NCBI GenBank assembly: GCA_034660735.1
Contig: JAYEJQ010000071.1
Coordinates: 1 to 32,629 of the forward strand
From: Patescibacteria group bacterium
GTDB taxonomy: Bacteria > Patescibacteriota > Patescibacteriia > JAACEG01
DNA: 32,629 bases
Direction: 5' to 3'
Positions within the stretch are counted from its first letter, which is position 1. Each line of letters opens with the position of its first letter. The translations under genes and the position numbers were made by a program. Positions 1 to 7,778 of the stretch are shown here, in pieces. A model generated the notes under the pieces. That model made no database searches, was not told the origin of the DNA, and was given only the letters and a program-made list of their open reading frames with translations.

Positions 1-90
1 ATTGGAAAATTGAGGTTAGGAAACTTAAAACAAGGAAAATGGCGGCACTTAACTGATAGCGAAATTAAAATATTAAAATCCGAAATCTGA
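1..90 (+). CDS. 3' end of a CDS cut by the window edge; C-terminus resembles RsuA/RluB-type pseudouridine synthases
   Basis: Frame 1 reads IGKLRLGNLKQGKWRHLTDSEIKILKSEI, then TGA at 88-90. The L..L..GKWR.LT..E pattern is typical of the extreme C-terminus of RsuA/RluB-family enzymes. Only 29 aa are visible. Confidence 0.35.
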   Translation: MGKLRLGNLKQGKWRHLTDSEIKILKSEI

Positions 91-107
91 CATCCAAAAT
101 CCGAAAC

Positions 108-197
108 GGAGAGGTGCTAGAGTGGTTGAATAGGACGCTCTCGAAAAGCGTTGCGCCCGCAAGGGCGCCGAGGGTTCGAATCCCTCCCTCTCCGCCA
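108..197 (+). tRNA. tRNA-Ser (anticodon CGA), long variable arm, CCA encoded
   Basis: Acceptor GGAGAGG (108-114) pairs with CCTCTCC (187-193); discriminator G194; CCA 195-197. Anticodon stem ACGCT/AGCGT with loop CTCGAAA. Long GC-rich variable arm. T arm GAGGG-TTCGAAT-CCCTC. Confidence 0.9.
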
Positions 198-409
198 ATT
201 TACAATTTCAGAGTTTTGGAGGATTTTTGTTTTTTCTTGTGCCTGCGGCGCGGTCGCGCTCCGCGCTAAAAGGGCTGAATTTGCAACGATTTGCCACGCG
301 GAGCGTGGCAAATCGTTGCAAATTCAGCCCTTTTAACTTCGCCCGCAGGCAAGGCTATCGCACTGCAGGTGCGTAAAACTTCCGAAAACTCTGAAATTGT
401 AAATTGGCG
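193..409. repeat. about 217-bp nested palindromic element (MITE-like or long hairpin) abutting tRNA-Ser
   Basis: The perfect 25-nt arm CGCCAATTTACAATTTCAGAGTTTT (193-217) recurs as its reverse complement at 385-409. An inner perfect 31-bp hairpin pairs 268-298 with 304-334. Partly complementary GC-rich shoulders include GCCTGCGG 241-248 versus CCGCAGGC 343-350. Confidence 0.8.
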
Positions 410-543
410 ATACCTTTTGGTTGAAATTCTAACTTTCTTTGAACAAAATCCAGAATAATGAGGTGCGTTTCCGCTTGCCTCCGCGGAGTTTATCCCGCAC
501 TTCGTTGCGGGGCTACGGCAAACCAAAACAGAAATTTTTTCAT

Positions 544-590
544 TTGCTAACTATAGTATGTAGAACTAAAATTAGCAAGTGTGTATACTA
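544..590 (+). promoter_or_regulatory. candidate promoter and operator (C-box-like) of the C-protein/endonuclease operon
   Basis: TTGCTA (544-549), 17 nt, TAAAAT (567-572). Inverted repeat TTGCTAA (544-550) / TTAGCAA (572-578). Palindromes ACTATAGT (550-557) and GTATAC (583-588). TATAGTAT (552-559) and TATACT (584-589) match the two half-sites of the palindrome at 3422-3436. Confidence 0.35.
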
Positions 591-623
591 AAATTAACTT
601 TCAAAAATACTAAAAAGATTCTA

Positions 624-830
624 ATGAAAAAAGAAATTTTATTAAAATTTGGGGAAAAAGTCAAAGAAGAGAGATTAAAACAAGGAATTTCTCAAGAGGA
701 ATTGGCTTCTAAGGCGGGAGTACACAGAACTTATATTGGAATGATAGAAAGAGCAGAAAAAAATATTACCCTAGGAAATATTGAAAAAATGGCAAAAGCC
801 TTAAAAATACCAACTAAGGAACTTTTTTAA
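624..830 (+). CDS. XRE-family helix-turn-helix protein, likely controller (C) protein of the adjacent R-M module
   Basis: MKKEILLKFGEKVKEERLKQGISQEELASKAGVHRTYIGMIERAEKNITLGNIEKMAKAL is a classic Cro/C1-type HTH of the size and pattern of R-M C proteins. Its stop lies 9 nt before the next ORF. The ATG at 624 is preferred over the GTG at 579 used by the ORF track. Confidence 0.7.
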   Translation: MKKEILLKFGEKVKEERLKQGISQEELASKAGVHRTYIGMIERAEKNITLGNIEKMAKALKIPTKELF

Positions 831-839
831 TTTTGTATT

Positions 840-1844
840 ATGCAACCGAATAAAAAATTTATCACAATTAAAGATACCGAAAATAAAGTTAAAGCTCTTT
901 TGAACGAGCTTGTTTTACAGCCAAGGATAAATGCAATTAAATGGTCTCAAATAACAAAACAAACACCAAATATTAAAATCGGATACCCAGGACAACACCT
1001 TGCATCTTTAATTACAGGAATGGAAGGCGAAAGGACGGGAGCAAGAGGAAATGATTTAATAGACGGATCAGAGGTAAAATCATGTTCAAGAATAGATCAG
1101 CTTGATTTGTGCAAAGACTGTAAAACTCCAGTGGCAAGGCTTGAAAATGAATGTTCAAATTGTGGCTCAAATAATATTGATCGAAAAAAAGATTCAAAAT
1201 GGCTCTTTTCTGTTAGAACTAAAGACGAATTGAATGTTTTATTACATGAGGTAAAAAGAGTATTTTTAATCATTGGCGATTATCCAAATTTCGAAAATAA
1301 TGATTTTGAAACTTTAAGATTCCAAGCGTTTGAAATTTGGCCAGAAAATCCAAAAAATAAAAAATTTTCTGAAATAATGACCAATTACTATAATAAAATA
1401 TATTTGGCTCACAAAAAGAAAAATCCAAACAAAACTCCAGCTCCAAAAAACTTTTGGCCATACCAATATCAATTTTATATTTGTAATCCAATTCTTGTTT
1501 TTTCCTGTATAGTAGTGAAATCAAATTCTAATCCAAAAATAAATATTGAATATTATTTAAAACCTGTTGCTGACCGTTCAAAGAAAAAATCTATTTTAAT
1601 GCCAGCGAATATATTAAATGAAAAAGAAATTGATTTACTTTTTAGAAAAGCGCCAAAAGAAGAGATTTTGAAAATGATTAAAAAAGAGCATAAAATTAAA
1701 AAAATAAAGAAACTCTCTTTAAAGGAAAAACAAGAAATGTTTATTGGTATTGATGAAAATTTAAGAAATTATTTGCCTCTCAGAGATACTGATAAAATTT
1801 CCATTGCTAAAAGCAAATATTCAAGAAGAAAAAATTCAAAATAG
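840..1844 (+). CDS. putative type II restriction endonuclease (PD-(D/E)xK-like core with a CxxC...CxxC zinc-ribbon insert)
   Basis: The call rests on position, directly after a C protein and convergent with a methyltransferase. GARGNDLIDGSEVKS fits a D...ExK nuclease motif (D72, E78, K80). CKDC...CSNC (C91, C94, C105, C108) follows. I recognise no specific family with certainty. Confidence 0.45.
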   Translation: MQPNKKFITIKDTENKVKALLNELVLQPRINAIKWSQITKQTPNIKIGYPGQHLASLITGMEGERTGARGNDLIDGSEVKSCSRIDQLDLCKDCKTPVARLENECSNCGSNNIDRKKDSKWLFSVRTKDELNVLLHEVKRVFLIIGDYPNFENNDFETLRFQAFEIWPENPKNKKFSEIMTNYYNKIYLAHKKKNPNKTPAPKNFWPYQYQFYICNPILVFSCIVVKSNSNPKINIEYYLKPVADRSKKKSILMPANILNEKEIDLLFRKAPKEEILKMIKKEHKIKKIKKLSLKEKQEMFIGIDENLRNYLPLRDTDKISIAKSKYSRRKNSK

Positions 1845-3392
1845 TTTAGGAGTTCTTTTTAAGTTTTTTATTCTTTCTTTCGCTATTTTTGTGTATTTTT
1901 TATCAATATCAATACCGATATAATTTCTTTTAAGTTCAGCACAAGCTAAGGCGGTCGAACCTGCACCAACAAAAGGATCCAAAACAGTCATTCCTTCATT
2001 GCTACTTGCTTTTACTATTCTTTCAATAAGACGCACTGGTTTTTGTGTTGGGTGATATCGTTTTTCTTTGTAAAAATCAATATCATTCCAGACATCAGTA
2101 AATCCCATTTGGGCGTTAAAGATAAAATTTACTTCTGAATACGGTTTTTTAAATTTTAATATTTTTTCAAGCTTTTCCCATTGTTCTTTTGTTGGAATTT
2201 GAGCCAATATATTTTTACCAGTATACAAAGACCACAAACCGCCTCCGTTACTTTTAACTTCCATCGCTTCATTTATTTCTTTTGCGGTTAAGTCAGTTTC
2301 TTTTTGTCTATCAAGAAGAAACTTTTTTATTTCTGGTTGGTTATTGTAAGCAAAAAATAGAATACTTTCTGTCACATTGGGAAACATCTTATAGTTTTTT
2401 GTTGCTCTTCCGCTAACAGATCTCATTCCTTTGTTGATTATTATTTGCTGTCTTAAGGAAAAACCTTCTTTCTCAATTTCGGGGAGTAAATATGCTAAAG
2501 TTTTAAAGTACCCGAATAAATAAAAAGAACCTGTTTTTTTTGTAATTCGTACAAGCTCTTTGAGCCATTGTTTGCACCAAATAATATAATCGTTCTCGGT
2601 TCGCCATTTATAATCCCATTTTTCATTTATTACTTTCCAGTATGGAGGATCAGCAACAATCAAATCAATTGAATGATCTGGAATTTTTTTTAATTCTTCA
2701 ACTACATCTCCGCAAATAATTTTATTTAATGGTAATTTAGAATATTTTTTTACTTGCTTTTCTTCCTTTTTTTTTATGATTTCTGTATCTAAAATTTTAT
2801 TTTTTATCACATCAACAACAAGACCTTGAATGATAATTTCTTGCTCGTCTTTTTTTATAATGATTGGTTCATATTCTTTATTAGCTGGTTGCAGGCGTAT
2901 TTGATTTTTTTCTTTGTAGAATGTTTTTAATGTTGCCTCGTAATTATCAATCAAGGCAACTACTTTCTGTCCATTTTCAGCGACCTGCTGTTCTTTTACC
3001 AAAATAATATCACCATCATTGATATTTTCATCAATCATGCTTTTTCCTGCCACTCGCAAAGCGTAAAAATTTCCGCTTCTCATTATTTTTGTTTTTGGTA
3101 TAGCAATTGTTTCTTTTTCTTGAATAGCTTCAATTGGTTGTCCCGCAGCAATTGTTCCCATTAAAGGAATTTTTACCATTTGCTGGCTTTCATAAACGGA
3201 TATTGATCTTGGGCTGTTTTCTTCCTTATTCAAAAATCCTTCTTCTTGCAGTTTCTTTATATGAAAATGGGCGGTTGAAACAGAGGCAACTTTGAGTTTT
3301 TTGCGTATCTCTTCCAAAGAGGGGGCATACCCTTTTTTCTTGTGATATGAGGATATAAAGTCTAAAACTTGTTTTTGTTTTTTTGTTAGCAT
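1836..3392 (-). CDS. fusion protein: full-length LexA (winged HTH plus S24 autopeptidase) joined to a beta-class N6A/N4C DNA methyltransferase
   Basis: Residues 1-205 align end to end with LexA: MLTKKQKQVLDFI..., cleavage motif IAAG (A83-G84, nt 3141-3146), GKSM (S118, nt 3039-3041), TLK (K156, nt 2925-2927), GLVVDVIKN. Residues 225-518 carry DPPY (248-251, nt 2640-2651) upstream of HPTQKP and LDPFVGAGSTALA. That motif IV-before-motif I order is typical of the N6_N4_Mtase family. The ORF is one uninterrupted frame. Confidence 0.85.
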   Translation of the reverse strand: MLTKKQKQVLDFISSYHKKKGYAPSLEEIRKKLKVASVSTAHFHIKKLQEEGFLNKEENSPRSISVYESQQMVKIPLMGTIAAGQPIEAIQEKETIAIPKTKIMRSGNFYALRVAGKSMIDENINDGDIILVKEQQVAENGQKVVALIDNYEATLKTFYKEKNQIRLQPANKEYEPIIIKKDEQEIIIQGLVVDVIKNKILDTEIIKKKEEKQVKKYSKLPLNKIICGDVVEELKKIPDHSIDLIVADPPYWKVINEKWDYKWRTENDYIIWCKQWLKELVRITKKTGSFYLFGYFKTLAYLLPEIEKEGFSLRQQIIINKGMRSVSGRATKNYKMFPNVTESILFFAYNNQPEIKKFLLDRQKETDLTAKEINEAMEVKSNGGGLWSLYTGKNILAQIPTKEQWEKLEKILKFKKPYSEVNFIFNAQMGFTDVWNDIDFYKEKRYHPTQKPVRLIERIVKASSNEGMTVLDPFVGAGSTALACAELKRNYIGIDIDKKYTKIAKERIKNLKRTPKLF

Positions 3393-3398
3393 AAATAT

Positions 3399-3459
3399 TT
3401 GACTTTATTTTTTATTAAATCTATACTTATAGTATAATAGAAAGAAAATAGAAAGTCAA
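3399..3459. promoter_or_regulatory. mirror-symmetric pair of overlapping face-to-face promoters with a central 15-bp palindrome (candidate operator)
   Basis: Plus strand: TTGACT (3399-3404), 17 nt, TATACT (3422-3427). Minus strand: TTGACT (complement of 3454-3459), 17 nt, TATACT (complement of 3431-3436). The two -10 hexamers together form TATACT-TAT-AGTATA (3422-3436), centred at 3429. Confidence 0.6.
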
Positions 3460-3505
3460 AAGTTAATTTATTCACAAATTTTATTTTTAATTTAATCTAA
3501 AAATT

Positions 3506-3742
3506 ATGCAAAAACGAACAGCAACAAAATCACAAGTTAAAAAAGAGCGGGGCTTAAAAAAGGTTACAAAGGTTATTAAGCAAAAAGGTCATCCGTCAGG
3601 CAAACTGCCCAAAGGTAAAATTTTACACCATGTTAATTCAGTTGCCACTGGCGGAAAAACAACAAAGAAAAACACTCGTATCGTTACAAAGTCAAGGCAT
3701 AAACAAATACACAAAAACCGCAACAAACGAGGAAAAATTTAA
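3506..3742 (+). CDS. small, very basic protein with a minimal HNH-like motif
   Basis: This 78-aa protein has a Lys/Arg-rich N-terminus. LHHVNSVATGGKTTKKNTRIVTKSRHKQIH fits the HH...GG...N...H..IH beta-beta-alpha-Me (HNH) pattern. It is the first gene of a tight three-gene cluster. Confidence 0.4.
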   Translation: MQKRTATKSQVKKERGLKKVTKVIKQKGHPSGKLPKGKILHHVNSVATGGKTTKKNTRIVTKSRHKQIHKNRNKRGKI

Positions 3743-3761
3743 TATTAAAAACAAATAAATT

Positions 3762-4163
3762 ATGGAAAACAAGCGTAAACATCTCGAATTTATTCAGGCA
3801 ATCATCAGTCGAATGGCTGGCAATTTGTTTTTCTTGAAAGGATGGACTATCACATTAATTGTGGCACTTTTCGCATTTTTTGTAAAAGACGCGAATACCG
3901 ATTTTATTTTTGTCATTTATTTCCCAGTCATTATTTTTTGGATATTGGATGGGTATTTTCTTTCACAAGAACGATTATTCAGGGCGTTATATAATCATGT
4001 GCGAAAACTAGATGAAAAGGAAATTAACTTTTCAATGAATACAAATAAATATAATGAGGACAAAAGGAATGGTTGGCTACACTCAATGTTTTCGAGTACG
4101 CTTCTATTTTTTTATTTGCCACTTGTCGGCGTTATGTTATTAGTTACATATTTAATAAATTAA
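3762..4163 (+). CDS. small integral membrane protein (about 3 TM helices), function unknown; candidate effector partner of the TIR protein
   Basis: Hydrophobic spans are LFFLKGWTITLIVALFAFFV, FIFVIYFPVIIFWILDGYFL and a C-terminal TLLFFYLPLVGVMLLVTYLI. The gene starts 19 nt after the previous ORF and ends 10 nt before the next. Confidence 0.6.
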   Translation: MENKRKHLEFIQAIISRMAGNLFFLKGWTITLIVALFAFFVKDANTDFIFVIYFPVIIFWILDGYFLSQERLFRALYNHVRKLDEKEINFSMNTNKYNEDKRNGWLHSMFSSTLLFFYLPLVGVMLLVTYLIN

Positions 4164-4173
4164 ATTCAAAGTT

Positions 4174-4611
4174 ATGAGAAAAGTATTTTTTAGCTTCAAA
4201 TACAAGGATGTATCAAGAACAATGATTGTTAGGAATAGTTGGGTTGCTCAAGGAAAAGATGCGGCGGGTTTTATTGACTCCGCCGATTTTGAGGACTTGA
4301 AACGACAAGGTGACACAGCAATTAAAAACTGGATAGATAAACAACTCAATGGAACATCAGTTACTGTCGTCTTAGTAGGCGAAAAAACTTGTGATAGCAG
4401 GTGGGTAAAATATGAGATTGAAAAAAGCATTGAAATTGGGAATGGCTTATTAGGAATTGATGTAAGTAAGATAGAGGATTTGCAGGGTAATACTTCTGAA
4501 AGATGTGGCAAAATTCCAAAAGGTTACAATTTTTACCTTTGGAACAACGATGACGGATATCACAAAATGGGCGATTGGATTGAGAAAGCGGCGAAAGATG
4601 CTGGAAGATAA
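4174..4611 (+). CDS. ThsB-like TIR domain protein (DUF1863 / TIR-like family)
   Basis: KVFFSFKYKDV...VRNSWV...AAGFIDSADFEDLKR...TSVTVVLVGEKTCDSRWVKYEIEKSIEIGNGLLGI matches the ThsB/TIR-like signature as I know it. The match includes the RWV.YEI.KS segment with the conserved Glu (E81, nt 4414-4416). Confidence 0.8.
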   Translation: MRKVFFSFKYKDVSRTMIVRNSWVAQGKDAAGFIDSADFEDLKRQGDTAIKNWIDKQLNGTSVTVVLVGEKTCDSRWVKYEIEKSIEIGNGLLGIDVSKIEDLQGNTSERCGKIPKGYNFYLWNNDDGYHKMGDWIEKAAKDAGR

Positions 4612-4856
4612 AAGCCCCGCAAAAAAATCGGACGAAGCCCAAAAAGCAAAAGGGCAAAAAGGAAGGGGTCTATTCCGCTTTTACATTGGTATTGATTTTA
4701 TTTTCAAAATGGTTTAAAATAATAATATAAAAAAACAGGCATTACGCCTTTGTTTTATTTTGGGTTATATGCTGTTTTAACGGATATATTTTTATTTTCG
4801 CGGTTAATATTTACGTTTAGCAAAAGTTTATTTTGGCGTAAAGCACACCCTGTATT

Positions 4857-4930
4857 GTACCCGTAGCTCAATTGGATAGAGTGTCTGGCTTCGGACCAGA
4901 AGGTTGCAGGTTCGAGTCCTGCCGGGTACA
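4857..4930 (+). tRNA. tRNA-Arg (anticodon TCG)
   Basis: Acceptor GTACCCG/CGGGTAC. D arm GCTC..GAGT. Anticodon stem TCTGG/CCAGA with loop CTTCGGA. T arm GCAGG-TTCGAGT-CCTGC. Discriminator A. Confidence 0.85.
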
Positions 4931-4942
4931 CCTATAAGATAT

Positions 4943-5015
4943 CCGCCTGTAGCTCAATCGGCAGAGCAGGGGCCTCTTAAGCCCAAGGTTCTGGGTTCGA
5001 TTCCCAGTGGGCGGA
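4943..5015 (+). tRNA. tRNA-Lys (anticodon CTT)
   Basis: TA-GCTC...GAGC D arm. Anticodon loop CTCTTAA. T arm CTGGG-TTCGATT-CCCAG. The acceptor CCGCCTG/TGGGCGG has two G-U pairs, so the ends are uncertain by 1-2 nt. Confidence 0.75.
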
Positions 5016-5060
5016 CAAATTTGGAGTTGCCATAAATATTGTATTTATCAGCCGCTATTC

Positions 5061-5088
5061 TTGACATTTATTTTTATTCTTTTATAAT
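5061..5088 (+). promoter_or_regulatory. sigma70-type promoter of groES-groEL
   Basis: TTGACA (5061-5066), 16 nt, TATAAT (5083-5088), directly upstream of the CIRCE element. Confidence 0.7.
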
Positions 5089-5097
5089 AAAAATAAA

Positions 5098-5124
5098 TTA
5101 GCACTCCTTGAATAGAAGTGCTAA
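5098..5124 (+). promoter_or_regulatory. CIRCE operator (HrcA binding site)
   Basis: TTAGCACTC-N9-AAGTGCTAA differs from the consensus TTAGCACTC-N9-GAGTGCTAA at one position. It sits between the promoter and groES. Confidence 0.85.
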
Positions 5125-5209
5125 AAATTTAATTTATAATTTAGTAGTTTATTATTATGTAATACAGACACCATGTTTTTATTCATAGTCTTTAAGCTAT
5201 TTTGTTTTT

Positions 5210-5500
5210 ATGGAAATAAAACCATTAAATGACAATGTTATTGTCAAGGGAATTTCCGAGGACGAAGTTACGAAATCAGGTATTATTCTCCCAGACACAA
5301 TTGATAAAGAGCGTCCGGAAAAAGGCGAAGTAATAGCTGTCGGTCCTGGTAAAATGTTAGATAGCGGAAACAGGGCTACGATTAGCGTTGAAAAAGGACA
5401 AAAAGTTATTTTTAAAAAATATGGACCTGACGAAATAAAAATAGACGGAAAAGAAGTTTTAGTAATTTCCGAAAGCGATATAATCGCAATAATTGAATAA
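5210..5500 (+). CDS. groES: co-chaperonin GroES
   Basis: A 96-aa protein with the typical IKPLNDNVIVK...SGIILPDT...GEVIAVGPG pattern, located upstream of groEL. Confidence 0.95.
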   Translation: MEIKPLNDNVIVKGISEDEVTKSGIILPDTIDKERPEKGEVIAVGPGKMLDSGNRATISVEKGQKVIFKKYGPDEIKIDGKEVLVISESDIIAIIE

Positions 5501-5553
5501 TTTTAATAAATTAAATTAAATTAAAAAAGAATTGAATTATAAATTATGAATAT

Positions 5554-7272
<1,719 letters not shown>

Positions 7273-7300
7273 AATGATTTTTTTTAAATTTAAACCCGAT

Positions 7301-7331
7301 AAAAAAGCAAGGAAAATTTCCTTGCTTTTTT
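7301..7331 (+). terminator. rho-independent terminator after groEL
   Basis: Stem GCAAGGA (7307-7313) / TCCTTGC (7319-7325), loop AAATT, then a T6 run. Confidence 0.75.
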
Positions 7332-7537
7332 GGTTTGCTAATAGACTTGTTGTGTAATCAACTATTTAATATTCCCCCCATGACAAGGGGGATTAAGGGT
7401 GTTTTTGAATTACAAAACTTTTCGAAAAAATTTTCGTAATTCAGGATAATATAAAAAAATAAATAAATAAAGTTAGTTTTTTAAAAATTAAGAAAGTATT
7501 TACATAAAATGATTTTTTAGTTATCCACAAAAAACAC

Positions 7538-7566
7538 TTGACACTTGTGTTATTTTCTATTATAAA
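7538..7566 (+). promoter_or_regulatory. candidate promoter upstream of rpoB, implying a leader of about 200 nt
   Basis: TTGACA (7538-7543), 17 nt, TATAAA (7561-7566). The downstream leader contains hairpins CGCTGT...ACAGCG (7617-7645) and GCGCT-TAA-AGCGC (7639-7651). Confidence 0.45.
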
Positions 7567-7778
7567 TAAAGAATAGAAAAGTTAATTTGTATTTTAGTTA
7601 AATTTTAATATAGATCCGCTGTGTTGATTGTATTTAAAAAACAGCGTAGCGCTTAAAGCGCAATGATAAAAATTACTTAAAAGAATATTGTTTATTTAAA
7701 AATTCGACTCTTTAAAAGAGGCGAAGATTTTTTGTGTTTTAAAATATAATTCTTAGCAGAATATTAATATTATTTTTT

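Noticed and set aside
117-526. Three ORFs in the track (117-311 minus, 151-336 plus, 266-526 minus) with near-identical C-terminal peptides (…KRAEFATICHA.RGKSLQIQPF).
   Set aside because: They are mirror-image readings of the long palindrome at 193-409 and overlap the tRNA-Ser gene. The shared peptide is simply the hairpin translated from both strands.
579-623. GTG start at 579 for the HTH gene, as used by the ORF track.
   Set aside because: The extra 15 residues (MCILKLTFKNTKKIL) overlap the predicted promoter and operator. The ATG at 624 yields a protein of typical C-protein length that begins right before the HTH.
4505-4717. 70-aa ORF overlapping the 3' end of the TIR gene, plus the antisense ORFs at 4248-4511 and 4361-4657.
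   Set aside because: They are out-of-frame or antisense overlaps with a well-supported CDS, and their sequences are low-complexity with no recognisable motif.
108-5015. An integrated element with att sites derived from the flanking tRNAs.
   Set aside because: I found no direct repeat of the tRNA-Ser, tRNA-Arg or tRNA-Lys 3' ends within the islet and no integrase. The only duplication of the tRNA-Ser end is inverted and belongs to the palindrome.
7567-7778. A possible riboswitch or ribosomal-protein leader in the long rpoB 5' region.
   Set aside because: Only generic short hairpins are visible. I cannot match any known leader architecture by eye, so it is mentioned only under the promoter feature.
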